Of a stretch of 64,000 nt of DNA, positions 41,711-55,897 are shown piece after piece; within the stretch, counting starts at the first letter, position 1; the number at the start of each line of letters is the position of its first letter. Under the pieces are notes generated by a model. The model was not told the origin of the DNA, did not search any database, and saw only the letters and a program-made list of their open reading frames with translations. Origin of the DNA: Octopus vulgaris (taxonomy: Eukaryota); the NCBI GenBank assembly GCA_951406725.2, contig OX597823.1:85746001-85810000 (forward strand), given 5' to 3'. The position numbers and the translations under genes are program-made.

Positions 41711-42079
41711 AGGTTTTCAGAAATTTGTATCGGATTTGGAACACTAGTTTCGATTTCACTAAAAATATATATTTCTGACTTCTGAACCGAGAGAGATTTC
41801 CTAAGAATTGTATATCTGTATGCACATGAATATAGTTTCCGTTCCGTCGCTTTTTTTCGTTTGGGATTAAATAAATTCAAAAAAATATAATTTTCTGTTG
41901 CATAATGTTATTTCAAGGATGACAAATTTCTTAATAAATATTACCTTAGTCAGATAACAAAACATTGCACGGTTACACTACAGAGAAACACCTGAGCTAC
42001 CAGCTGTTTATCCGAACAATCCCTCCCCTCTTTTCATCTGTCTATCTATCTGTCTGTCTATACATACATGCGTATATAC

Positions 42080-42324
<245 letters not shown>

Positions 42325-43513
42325 CTTTTATTTAGCTGAGTCTATTTTTCTTTGCCTTTGCAAAAGCGTTTGTCAGTTATTCCGACAATTCTATCACATC
42401 GCATTCTTCGTGTTCTATTCTCCGTTGGTTTCATTACTTTTTGCCTTATATTTCTCCCCCACCCCGCTCCCTAAAACACCTGCATCGTGATTATACTCCA
42501 TCAGTTGTTTTCTTTTCCTTTCTTTTCTTTCATTCTTTCCTTGCTATACACCTCTCAAAACTTAAAAGTACGACATTCACAAAAATTTTAGTTTATCCAA
42601 CATGTGCTAAACAACTCCATGTACATCAATACACAAACTAAAATACTTCATTTTTTTTTTCTTTAACTATTTCGTCGCACACGTGTCCAAGAGCTAGAAG
42701 GAAAAAAAAACATAAAATGCAATTTTTTTTTTCTGTTTTATCTGGGGGTTTTTATCTATTATTTTTTCTTCCTTTTCACTCCAAATCACTCATCACTATT
42801 TAATCTCCTTCGACTGATTCATGTCTTTACTGGATTATCAACCTTTCTGTCACACATAATCGTTTTAACAATCGGATTTAATTTCAGCGCTCTATTGAAA
42901 AACAAATTCCTCCATTTTATGCTTTATATTATTTAGCGTTTGATGAAATATCGGCAATTTCTTTGCTTCATTACATTTTAATAAATATTACAACAAATCT
43001 GTTTGCCAGCAAGTACACTTCCCAATATCTTCCCAATTTCACCACCACCCTATTTTAATCAGCATTCTATTATATCCATCTGTACTTAGAAAACCAACAT
43101 ACAATTTTTTCTTATTCATCGATTTGTATTCGTTAAAGGGCTGTCATACACCAATTTCATTTTACATACTAAACAGAAAATATTTGGAAAAATAAAATAA
43201 GATAAAATAAAAGTCTTTGTTGAACTTTCAGAAACATTTCCATTCTGTAATTTCTCAACAATCATGTGACTGAAAACAAAACAAGAAAAAAACAAACTAA
43301 ATTTGTTTACTCTTTTGATCAAAATCAATTTAGTCATTGAAGATAGTAATCGAACATATAAAACAATGTAATCAATATAAACAGCAGTGAGTATGTGTGG
43401 AATGTGTGTGTGGTGGGTGCATATATGTGTATGTGTGTGTTCTGTGGTGTACACTGGGATTATCCCAGATACTGTCAGGGAATATAAATTGATAGAGACT
43501 GTAAGGAATCTTG

Positions 43514-43930
43514 GGATCTTTTCGGTTTGAACGGCAGTTTTTTCTAGCGGTGTCATGTGAAATTGTCACCCATAATTATGACCCTAGAATCGATCTATTG
43601 CATTTCAATCTCTTTTAGGGTTAGGGTTAGGGGTGGGGTAAAGGTATCTTTTTTTTCTTCACAAATGTAAATAATCCCAATCTGTTTCTTAAACGAGGGA
43701 CATATTCATACGGCACAGAATGCTTTTTAACTCAATAGACGTAACTGATTGGTTGAAATTGCAGAAATTGAAGAAAAAAAACAACAAATATCTTACAAAC
43801 TATAGAATTTTCTCAATAAAGCCAAGAGAAAAAGATGTTTTATAAACACATTCTGCCAGTATACGAAGTTTAAAATTTTTTAGTTACCTAGAAATTATGT
43901 TAAAAACTGCCATTCAAACCGAAAAGATCC
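43514..43930 (+). mobile_element. MITE with ~29-bp TIRs, 8-bp TSD and internal (TTAGGG)n (Merlin-like GG..CC ends), copy 1
   Basis: TIRs GGATCTTTTCGGTTTGAACGGCAGTTTTT / AAAAACTGCCATTCAAACCGAAAAGATCC. TSD GAATCTTG at 43506-43513 and 43931-43938. Confidence 0.93.
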
Positions 43931-44015
43931 GAATCTTGTCAGATGAATTGTCTCTTCTTGGCTCATAGAGTTAATACGCTGCCCGGTTTAACACCATCTT
44001 CTTGTTCAAAGATAT

Positions 44016-44335
44016 GAAAGCGCGTGGCATAGTGATTATATTCGATTCACAATTGTAAGGCCATTAGTTCGATTCCCAGCAGCGCGTTGAGTCCTTGAGC
44101 AAGACATATTTCTCCTTCCTTCAATTCACTCAGTTGGCAAAAATGAGTAGTACCTGTATTTTAAGGGGCCAACTTTGTCACATTCTGTGTCACGCTGAAT
44201 CTCCATAAGAACTACGTTAAGCGTAAGCGCGTCTGTGAAGTGCTCAGCCACACTCACGTTGACTTCCCGAGCTGGCTGTACTGGTGATCAGATCAACTGA
44301 AATCCGTATCTTCGCAACCGACGGAGTGCCAGTTG
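44016..44335 (+). mobile_element. tRNA-derived SINE, head D with tail type i, with 14-bp TSD
   Basis: TSD TTGTTCAAAGATAT at 44002-44015 and 44773-44786; MITE copy 2 now separates the second repeat from the SINE. The tail ends ACCGACGGAGTGCC. Confidence 0.85.
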
Positions 44336-44767
44336 GGATCTTTTCGTTTTGAACGGCAGTTTTTAACATAATTTCTAGGTAACTAAAAATGTTAAACTTC
44401 GTATACTGGTAGAATGTTTTTATAAAACATCTTTTTATCTTGGCTTTATTGAGAAAATTCTATAGTTTGTAAGATATTTGTGGGGTTTTTTTCTTCCATT
44501 TCTGCAATTTCAACCAATCAAATACGTCCATTGAGTTAAAAAAACATTCTGTGCCGTATGAATATGTCCCACGTTTAAGAAACAGATTGGGTTTATTTAC
44601 ATTTGTGAAGAAAAAAGATACCCTTACCCCCACCCTTAACCCTAGCCCTAACCCTAACCCTAACTAACCCTAACCCTAAAACAGATTGAAATGCAATAGA
44701 TCGATAATTATGGGTGACAATTTCATGACACCGCTAGAAAAAACTGCCGTTCAAACCGAAAAGGTCC
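44336..44767 (-). mobile_element. Same MITE family, copy 2, inverted
   Basis: Reverse complement of 43514-43930. TSD GCCAGTTG at 44328-44335 and 44768-44775; (CCCTAA)n at about 44633-44678. Confidence 0.93.
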
Positions 44768-45132
44768 GCCAGTTGTTCAAAGATATTTTTAGTTAAATTT
44801 ATTCCGTTGCAAGCGTACGGGCTATGTCTACAGATGGAGGTAAACCCGATATATTCATCCGCTATTTACTACAAAATCAACAAGTGTATCCCCCCCCCTT
44901 CTTTTGGCCCCTTCCTTCCTATAGGGAGAGAGAAATTGGTGCAGCTGTTTGAACCGATTGGTTCAGCCTGTTTTGTTGACATTACAGTTTTGGTGCAGGG
45001 AGCACAAATGGACGCATAAACACGCTTGCACAGAAATATACATATTCAGATAGAATGAGACACAGAGAGATTATTAACCATCAATTCAAAACGATTGACA
45101 TAAACTCTTTACCTCTCTTCATATATACTCTC

Positions 45133-45646
<514 letters not shown>

Positions 45647-45686
45647 TATAAAGCGAAATATGCTCACACGCGTAAAGAAAGGAAAC

Positions 45687-46276
45687 ATTGGTTTTGAATT
45701 TTGGCACAAGGCCAGCAACTTCAGGGGAGGGCTCTAGACGACTACATCGAACTCGGTACTCCACTGGTACTTATTTTCTTGACCCAAGAAATGATTAAAA
45801 GCAAAGTCGACCTCGGCGGAATTTGAACTCAGAACGTAAAGACAGGCGAAATGCTACTAAACGTTTTCCCCAGCGTGCTAACGATTCTTATTTCTTTACT
45901 ACCCACAATGGGCTAAACATAGAGGGGACAAACAAGGACAGACAAATGGATTAAGTCGAGTACATCGACCCCAGTGCGTAACTGGTACTTACTTTATCGA
46001 CCCCGGCGGAATTTGAACTCAGAATGTAGCGGCAGAGGAAATACCTATTTCTTTACTACCCACAAGGGGCTAAACACAGAGAGGACAAACAAGGATAGAC
46101 AAACGGATTAAGTCGATTATATCGACCCCAGTGCGTAACTGGTACTTATTTAATCGACCCCGAAAGGATGAAGGGCAAAGTTGACTTCGGCGGAATTTGA
46201 ACTCAGAACGTAGCGGCAGACGAAATACCGCTAAGCATTTCGCCCCGCATGCTAACGTTTCTGCCAGCTCGTCGCC
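45687..46276 (-). mobile_element. SINE family A multimer
   Basis: Head at 46276; standard junction near 46045; a different junction near 45888; an older-type terminal tail. Confidence 0.88.
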
Positions 46277-46540
46277 TTCAGAGTGCAACGCACCAACGAT
46301 TCAATCAATCCGTCGCCTTCTTTTGCAATGTTATATAACTAAGAAATTTTATAACTGGACAATATATAAGATAATTAACTCACTAATTTCAGTGATCGTT
46401 AGCTATATAGCTGAAAATTAAAAGATGTGCGTTTGAATCCAAGCAAAACCGACGTTAGGTTTCATTTTTTCGAATCTAATAAAATATCACCTATGAATGG
46501 TAGATTCTCAATCGACCTCTACGATCAATCGATCGATCGA

Positions 46541-46720
<180 letters not shown>

Positions 46721-47261
46721 CGATAAATACATATAGAGAGGAAATAGAAACAGACAGATAGATAGATACATAGAGAGAAAGAGAGAGAAAGATAGTTTTT
46801 ACTAAAAAAGAACAGGTGTTCGGTCGGGTCAGTAGAATATCACATGGATACAGGCCAAAGTTTCAATAATTGAGGTCAGGTTATCTGGGTGAAGGAGTGT
46901 GCTGTAAGAAAGATTAAGAACCGTACACTTAGTGACTCCCAAGATACAGCAGTGAAGATGTGTCCATATATTGCATCTGAGGATTTATTTGTACAAATGT
47001 ACGTGCGTGCGTGTGAATGTCTGTGTATGTAGATATGTGCCTGTTCATGTTGTGCGACTTTTAAAGTATATGTTTATAATTTATGCTCATATCATTATTG
47101 CATAGACAATAGGTGGTGGGAGAGTTAGAGAACGAAGAGAAATATACAAGAGAATGTAAAGTTATTCACAATAGCGAAAAGAAAAGGGAAAAAACGGGGT
47201 AGGAGAAAGAACGAAATGGGTTTCCATTGGAAATATAAAACATGCGTTTCTATGCACTAGA

Positions 47262-47546
47262 GTATATAAGAGATACCGCCATGCTGAAAATAGCAGTCAA
47301 GATCTGACTCTAAAACCACATTCAATGCCCATACAGCACAAGGAGAGAAGACAAAAAGGCAAAATAAAACTAGTAAAAAATTACTGGATAATTCCAGATG
47401 CCGGATTTCTTGCTTTGCATTTAGAAATGCTTTGCCTCATCAGTGGAATATACGCAGAGAGTAACATAAATGCACATATATAAACATACAACATACGAAT
47501 ACTTACATATACGAACGTATACATACATATATATGCACGTATGCAA
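47262..47546 (-). mobile_element. PLE terminal-repeat-like element with a hammerhead, copy 1 (copy 2 at 57113-57403)
   Basis: About 290 bp are shared with 57113-57403 (CCATGCTGAAA.ATAGCAG..GATCTGACTCTAAAACCAC..TTACTGGATAATTC..ACGAATACTTACATATACGAACGTAT). It lies 3' of the GIY-YIG remnant on the same strand. Confidence 0.8.
47391..47449 (-). ncRNA. Type I hammerhead ribozyme motif
   Basis: ATTCCA-CTGATGA-GGCAAAGCATTTCTAAATGCAAAGCAA-GAAA-TCCGGCA-TC-TGGAAT. Stem I is 6 bp, the core is intact and the site is AUC. Confidence 0.72.
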
Positions 47547-47663
47547 CATGACTAGTTTAAAATTGCCCGCTTCGTAACTCCATCACCACAGTAAATACAG
47601 TAAATACAGTAAATTTAAATTAGCGATCTTGTCCTTATATATATATATGTATATATATATATG

Positions 47664-47696
<33 letters not shown>

Positions 47697-47817
47697 ATTC
47701 ACACACACGCCACGCATATTCAAATACATACACGCATGCATGTGAACGTAAAGGTACAAAAAATGTGGACAATACACTAATCGAATAAGGCACGTAATGT
47801 AAACTATGATGTTTCCA

Positions 47818-48130
47818 TCAACTGCATGAAATTCTGCATAACAAGGCAAGGTTTTTTAGGATTTTTGCCTTTTCTGCCAAGCAAAGCTTGCATTGCTTGT
47901 TCCCGTTCATATAAGATCCCGGTTGTTCAAGGAACGTCAATCTAATCATATATAGGGTTCCTTTGTCTTTTAAGCGTCGCACGTGGCTGGCTAGAGACGT
48001 GATGTTGCGCTGTTCCGCTATCCTAAAAGAAGACTTGTGGTCGTTGAAACGTTGCTTAAACGAGGGCGCGGTTGAATCGACATATTTTCGCGCCTGTGTA
48101 TTGCATGTGCTACCACAGCCGAAGCTGATG
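47818..48130 (-). pseudogene. Penelope-like retroelement GIY-YIG endonuclease remnant
   Basis: The C-terminal part of ORF 47818..48342 reads KYVDSTAPSFKQRFNDHKSSFRIAEQRNITSLASHVRRLKDKG..LEQPGSYMNGNKQCKLCLAEKAKIL. This matches the PLE EN pattern YIG.T...FK.R...HK.SF..T.LS.H...LK..C.LCL.EK, with YIG decayed to YVD. Confidence 0.85.
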
Positions 48131-48884
48131 TCGTTGTTGTTGTTACTAGTGAGGATAATGGTTGTCCACTCGTGACCGAGAAATAACTTAACTGACCATT
48201 GCCCATCCATAAAGCCAGCAATACCCGAGCATGGGGTTAATGCATCAACAATCGGTTTCACCCTGGTTCGCACCCGCAGTTTCCTTGCACGCACAGTCGC
48301 CTTCCTGCTTGAGCGGGTGTCTGATATGTGCAACGCTGGCAATTGCCCAAACTAAAATTTTAGGTTCAATAAAGCTTCCACAACAACCTACAGACCTTCT
48401 CCATACTACTGACATGATCCAGAGACAAGTTAGGACAAGATATCCAGTGCCAATATTGGTCGCAGACTCAGGAATGTGAGGATGCTATTATCGCAAATGG
48501 CAGCAAAAGATCCCGAAAATCTTCAATATCATTCTCTGTATATCTGGTTTTATATCAGGATGACTTTCTCCAAAAGACATACTTTAAGAGAAGCTGAGTG
48601 GTACCTCACTCCCAGTAGTTTTCCAGCAGCCCGAATTTCTGATGGTCTGCGAAATTACCAGATTGTCGTTGAACCTACGCTAGCTTCTCCCGTCCTCTTG
48701 ACAGGTTTTGTTTTTAGGCCTGCTGGGTTTCTAGCAATCCTCCTCACCGGGCAATCCTAGTAACGTGCAGAATTAGTCGCCGTCTAACCGAACATGCAGC
48801 AGATTGTACAGGATTCCGTGACACCAGTAGCGCCCATGAGAGACCTCACAAGAGACATCACCCTCTAAACACATACACACACGT

Positions 48885-49270
<386 letters not shown>

Positions 49271-49892
49271 AGGATAGTGTGTGTGTATATACATATATAT
49301 ACACGCACACCTACACGCCCAATCACACGCACTGCAATACACGCTTGAGAATAGAAAGTTGCCACGGCAAATGGCAAGCGAAATATTTGGCAGGATGTCT
49401 AAGCCACATGTGTCTTGTCCATATTTACATATGTCAGAACACCAATTAGTTAGCACCTATTTTGCTATTTTTATATAGACACATATATAGATTGAGGGAT
49501 AGAAACATATGCATAGGGAGTGTATTGGGGAACCCACTTTGATTTATTGTCGATATATTTACAAAAGGTAATTACAGTAAGTTTTCCCAAAGGTTTATTT
49601 TAAAACTAATCTCGTCTGAGTATATTGTCGTTTATGAATTTCTGTATCATATTATCACGCGCGCGCGCACACACATACATATACGGACATATATAGCTCC
49701 CTTAGATGTTCTTGGAAAGGGAAACACTAGGCATATATATAACGGTGGCGGGGTGCGCTCGCGTGTGTGTACACACGTATACATATATTTATATATGTGC
49801 ATCTATCGATCTATATCTATATCTATAAATTAACGTACATATGTATTAATTTATATACGTATACATAAATGCATATATGCTGCATACATGCT

Positions 49893-49936
<44 letters not shown>

Positions 49937-50148
49937 TAGAGAGAGAAAAGGAGAGAGGGAGATAGAGAGACAGACGGAAACCGAGAGAGATATACAGAGA
50001 GAGAGAGAGAGAGAGAGACATACATACGTAGTTAGATATAGACGCATACATGAACACACTCACTCAGACATCAAACTCAAACACTTACAGACACAGACAT
50101 GCATGCACACACACACACATACACACAAATGTAGAAAGATAGATAGAT

Positions 50149-50195
<47 letters not shown>

Positions 50196-50316
50196 GGAAA
50201 CACATGCATCAAACATTGAAACTTTTTCGCGTATGTGTATGCTTCTATATGTAACGCTAAAATATGTAAGACAAACTTGGTTCAAGTTTACGTAAGTATG
50301 TGAATATATACCCTAT

Positions 50317-50359
<43 letters not shown>

Positions 50360-50361
50360 GT

Positions 50362-50404
<43 letters not shown>

Positions 50405-50711
50405 GGTTTTGATAGCGTGTATATTTGATAGCGTCCATAAATCTTTTTATCTGGTGAATACGGAATTTATTCATATTTCATCGTATTTCTATTTTGATAT
50501 ATATTATTTAAATAATTATGTGCAAATGAGATATTTAATGCAGATATGTTGGCACTTTCTCCATTTTGCACTGTCTCGTTCACATTTCTACACACACATA
50601 CTCTCACTCTCTCTCTTTACTCCCTACCTTATGCACTCATAGACACACGTACATTCTGTACATATACACACAAACACACACACACACACATATATATCTA
50701 TATATATAAAT

Positions 50712-50975
50712 ATAATAATAAAATAAATGCGCACTTTTGAAGCCTAGCCAAGCTCATGGGTCCCGTTTCCCGGGTGCTATTGCGTATATGATACCCAGCT
50801 GCACGGGACGCCAGTCCATCGCAGCGTTACTCATTTTTGCCAGCTGAGTGGACTGGAGCAACGTGAAATGAAGTGTTTTGCTCAAGAACACAACGCATCG
50901 CCCGGTCTAGGAATCGAAACCACAATCTTACGATTATGATGCTGACACCCTAATCACTAAGCCACGCGCATCCAC
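50712..50975 (-). mobile_element. tRNA-derived SINE, head D with tail type iii
   Basis: Close match to 24592-24852. Confidence 0.88.
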
Positions 50976-51013
50976 ATGTATATATATAAATGTGTGTGTG
51001 TGTGTGTGTGTGC

Positions 51014-51070
<57 letters not shown>

Positions 51071-51550
51071 TGTGTGTTTATTTATATGTATGTATTAATG
51101 GATGCATGGAAAGATGGATGGATATTATCAACAAAGTTCAATTTCTAATTTTATCTGCGTGTTTTATTAGCTACGATGTTCCTTTCTTCTGTTGATTACG
51201 ATCATCGACAGAATGAATGCTCGATACTCAGAATAGCGAAATGTGACTTATTAAACTTCTTATGAACATACAGTGTGTTCCAAAAAGATCTCCCTCATTT
51301 TACTGTTTCACAAACGTTTCAGCAATAACGCAGCTATATGTAGCGGTCCGGATCATTATGGTGACTGAAAATAAAAGAGAAAGCATTACTTACTCAAGAA
51401 CACCACTGTCAGCTTTGTAAATTCACCAGCTAATATGCATCGAAACAGAAAGTGCTTGAGGTCTTTCTTTTACACACTGTATTAAAAAAAAAGATGCAAC
51501 ATTCGATACGGAGGACATTCATTTGTTGTTTTTTTTTTTGCTTATATTGT

Positions 51551-51605
<55 letters not shown>

Positions 51606-51683
51606 CTTTATTTACAGAAAAACGAAAGATGAAGACAGGTGAATAAACAACAAACTGTTTAACGCTCGGAAAGGTGAGAAAGT

Positions 51684-51719
51684 TTTTTACGTTTCGCGCC
51701 TACACTCTTCAACAGGAAG
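51684..51719 (-). ncRNA. Degenerate minimal hammerhead-like motif in a (TA)n-flanked element (about 51600-51760)
   Basis: CTGTTGA-A-GAG-TGTAGG-CGC-GAAACGTA. Core A6 is replaced by U and stem II has a mismatch. Confidence 0.4.
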
Positions 51720-51768
51720 GAGCGCGATGAAATAAACAGAGAGAGAATAAAAAGCTATATATAGAGAT

Positions 51769-51799
<31 letters not shown>

Positions 51800-51804
51800 C
51801 AGAG

Positions 51805-51853
<49 letters not shown>

Positions 51854-51870
51854 TATATATATATATATAT

Positions 51871-51933
<63 letters not shown>

Positions 51934-51973
51934 CATTGATAGAGATTCAGAAATATATATATTTCTATATATA

Positions 51974-52254
51974 TTAACTGGTTTCCATGACGTATAAGGG
52001 ACCTAGAGTGCAACACTTCCCCTGAACTGGGCCCCAATCCATTGCAAGGTTATTTACTGTTGGATAGACTAGGGTAATGTGAAATGACGTGTTTTGTCCC
52101 AAAACAGAATGCACAACCCAATGCAATTTGCGCGTGCAAGAGGCTAGACATTAGGTTACGCGCCTTCACACTTCTAAAAACAAAGGATAAAGACCCTTCG
52201 TATAGACTTGCAGGGTCCATTTCCCGGATTCTTTTGCATATAGACTATTTCCTG
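51974..52254 (+). repeat. Inverted local duplication, arm 1 (two fused old SINE pieces)
   Basis: Matches the reverse complement of 55042-55345 across the junction CACACTTCTAAAAACAAAGGATAA. Confidence 0.85.
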
Positions 52255-52949
52255 GACGGAATGCCAGTCTGTCGCAGAGATATTCACGTTGGCCAGCTGA
52301 ATGGACTGGGGCAACGTAAAACAAACTGCTTTGCGCAAGAATACATTACATAACGTGGAACAGATATTATACGATCATAAATGCAACATCTCTTAGAACT
52401 AAGCAACGCTTCTCCAGTTCTTACTGAGCAATCATTGTGTGAATGCGTGCGCTTGGCATCAGGCGTAGAGGTGCTGAGCATTAATAAATGCGAAAATATA
52501 CGGCTTCATACAAACAACGTTTACATGCAGCACTAACAAACAACATAGCTTAGCTATGGACGGTGTTGCACAGAAGTCGTAAGATACGAACCGAAAACGT
52601 CTGAGTTTGTGTTCAATATCCCAAAGTCATCACAATCGTAAATACATTCTTATAATTATCCATTTAATGCGAAAGAGACAGTGTGTAATAGAAATTACAG
52701 ATCTATTTTCAGTTACTCAATCCCACCACTGTATAATAGGGAGTGATACATACAGAAATATACGAACGCATGGGCTTATATACAAACACAAATATATACA
52801 CATGGTCATATATATGAGTGTGCAAAAATATGAAAGTGTAATTCTGACACATGCAAACACGCACACACACAAACCTACATTTATATATATTATTTCTTTT
52901 GAATATCATATATATATATATATATATATAAAATATATTATTTCTTTTG

Positions 52950-53001
<52 letters not shown>

Positions 53002-53302
53002 ACGTAATTATATTGGTATTCACGTGCGTCTAACCATATACATATTTGTATGTTTGTCAGAGTGAGGGCCTTTGAGATGGAGACAGAACGTGTGAGCGAG
53101 TGAGTAAACGTACATTCTCTTTATGTATTTATTTAGTTATTTATTTAGTTATTCATTTATTTATTATGTGACTATGATTCACTGTAGTCAATAAGACATT
53201 GAAACGACACAATATTAAAGACATAAAAGCCCTTTGGAAATAAATTGACGAAAGAAAAAAATTTCATAGAATAGAATAATGAATAAGGACACATACATAT
53301 AC

Positions 53303-53348
<46 letters not shown>

Positions 53349-53524
53349 TAGATATAGATATATATATATTTATATATAAACCTATGAATGAATATACGCA
53401 TGAATATACACACTGGTACATAAATATATATATGAATATATATGCATGCATCTATATATATATAGTGGTTAAATAAAGAGATATAGATATAAATATATGT
53501 ATATATACATACATATATATCATA

Positions 53525-53576
<52 letters not shown>

Positions 53577-53676
53577 ATATATATGTATTTATATATATGT
53601 GTATATATGCATATATGTGCATATATGTATGCATATATATACGTATATTATATGTATGTATATATATATATATATT

Positions 53677-53708
<32 letters not shown>

Positions 53709-54039
53709 ACCATGTATATCTATATATGTATGTATATATATATATACGTATGCATGTATCTATGTCTATATGTATTTATGCGTGTATATATCTACCTATA
53801 TCTGGAGCTGCCGCACACTCACGCGCAAATTTCAGACACACAGTCAAAGCGAGTCATTGCCAGATAATAGAATGAGAAACCCTGTGGAACTGAATGATAT
53901 TATCTCAGGTAACAATAAAGAGAAAAACACGAAACAACTCAGCCAACTGGATTGTAGACAAACAATTGGAAACAGAGCCAACACAATGCAGATCCATATG
54001 AATTTATCCTTCTGTTATCTGCGACGAGCGTACATGTAT

Positions 54040-54084
<45 letters not shown>

Positions 54085-54404
54085 ATGGATGGATGGATGT
54101 GTGTGTATTTGTGTAATTTGGGGGCCCCGAAGATTGTGAGAAGAAACAAGTTTTGCTGTAACCTTGTATAATAAAGTTTATGCATAAGAGAAAGGAACGT
54201 GGTGCTATTATATACCGACGTTGTTTAGAAAGAAAGAGGTAGAAAAATCTATTTGTCTGTATTTTGTCTGTATATAAGTAGTTTTCATTTTACTTCTGTG
54301 ACGTACTACATTGTGTAACTCTTACGCAGAAATATATACTTATCATATTTTTTTTGTGTATGCATGTATATATGTAAGTATATGTGTCATATATTCAATA
54401 TATC

Positions 54405-54466
<62 letters not shown>

Positions 54467-54481
54467 CTCTCTCTCTCTCTC

Positions 54482-54538
<57 letters not shown>

Positions 54539-54539
54539 A

Positions 54540-54918
54540 TAGGGGCAGCATGGCTGTGTGTATGAAGCTTGCTTCCCAACCACATGGTTCCGGTTTCAGG
54601 CCGACAAAACCTTGTGAGTATAATATGGTGGACGGAAACTGAAAGAATCCCGTCGTATATATATATATATGTGTGTGTGTGTTTGCCTGTGTTTTTGTGT
54701 ATGTGTGTGTGTCTGCGTTTGTGCCCACAACATCGCTTGAAAAGCCGTGCTGGAGTGTTTACGTACCTGTAATCAAACGGTTCGGTAAAGAGACCGACAG
54801 AATATGTTCTAGGCTTACAAAGAATAAGTCCTGGGGTCGATTTCTCCGATTAAAGGCGGTGCTCCAGCATGACCACAGCCAAGTGACTGAAACAAGTAAA
54901 AGAATACAAGAATAAAAG
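54540..54918 (+). mobile_element. SINE family B with an internal deletion
   Basis: Head GGCTGTGTG.ATGAAGCTTGCTTCCCAACC; the 3' half and tail are intact. Confidence 0.82.
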
Positions 54919-54972
54919 TATGTATATATATATCCCTGCATATTCATATACACCTGTATTTTGTGCATTCAT

Positions 54973-55023
<51 letters not shown>

Positions 55024-55041
55024 CACACATACTCACACGAA

Positions 55042-55345
55042 CAGGAAACAGTCTATACGCAAGAGACTCTGAGAAATGGACCCTGCAAGTCTATACGAAG
55101 GACCTTTATCCTTTGTTTTTAGAAGTGTGAGGACACGTAGACTAATGTTTAGCCTCTTGCACGCGCGATTGCATTGGGTTGTGCATTGTGTTTTTGGGTT
55201 GTGCATTCTGTTTTGGGGCAAAACACGTCATTTCATGTTACCCAAGTCCATCCAAACGTAAATGAATAACCATGCAATGGATTGGGGTCCAGTTCAGGGG
55301 AAGTGTTGTACTCACGGTCCCTTAAACGTCATGGAAACCAGTTAA
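55042..55345 (-). repeat. Inverted local duplication, arm 2
   Basis: Reverse complement of 51974-52254, with a short internal duplication. Confidence 0.85.
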
Positions 55346-55383
55346 TCGACCTATGAGCTCTAGATCTCAGGTGGGAACTTACT

Positions 55384-55769
55384 TACTCTTTACTCTTTTA
55401 CTCTTTTACTTGTTTCAGTCATTTGACTGCTGAAGCACCGCCTTTAGTCGAGAAAATAGACCCTAGGACTTATTCCTTGTAAGCCTAGTACTTATTCTAT
55501 TGTACTCTTTTGACGAACTGCTAAGTTACGGGGACGTAAATACACCAGCATCGGTTGTCAAGTAATATTGGGAGATAAACATACACACATACATATACAT
55601 ATATACGACGGGCTTCTTTCAGTTTTTTCTACCAAATCCACTCACAAGGCTTTGGTCGACCCGATGCTATAGTAGAAGACACTTGCGTAAGGTGCCACGC
55701 AGTGGGACTGAACCCGGAACCATGTGGTAGGTAAGCAAGCTACTTACCACACAGCCACTCCTGCGCCTA
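55384..55769 (-). mobile_element. SINE family B, full length
   Basis: Minus-strand head TAGGCGCAGGAGTGGCTGTGTGGTAAG and (TAAAAGAG)n tail. Confidence 0.92.
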
Positions 55770-55778
55770 GATAAAAGA

Positions 55779-55840
55779 CGTTTGCAGCACCTAGGTTTCT
55801 CAAGCGATCACCCATCTAAGTACTAACTAGGCTCAACTTT

Positions 55841-55871
<31 letters not shown>

Positions 55872-55897
55872 ATTTACAAAGTAATATGGCCGTAAAC
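55779..55897 (-). rRNA. 5S rRNA, divergent full-length copy (variant gene or pseudogene)
   Basis: GTTTACGGCCATATTACTTTGTAAATAACGGTTCTCGTCCGATCACCGAAGTTAAGCAAAGTTGAGCCTAGTTAGTACTTAGATGGGTGATCGCTTGAGAAACCTAGGTGCTGCAAACG (119 nt), followed by TCTTTT. It retains the conserved CCGATCACCGAAGTTAAGC and TTAGTACT motifs. Confidence 0.88.

Noticed and set aside
43614-43640. TTAGGG repeats as a telomere or fusion site
   Set aside because: Only a few units, internal to a TIR element present twice.
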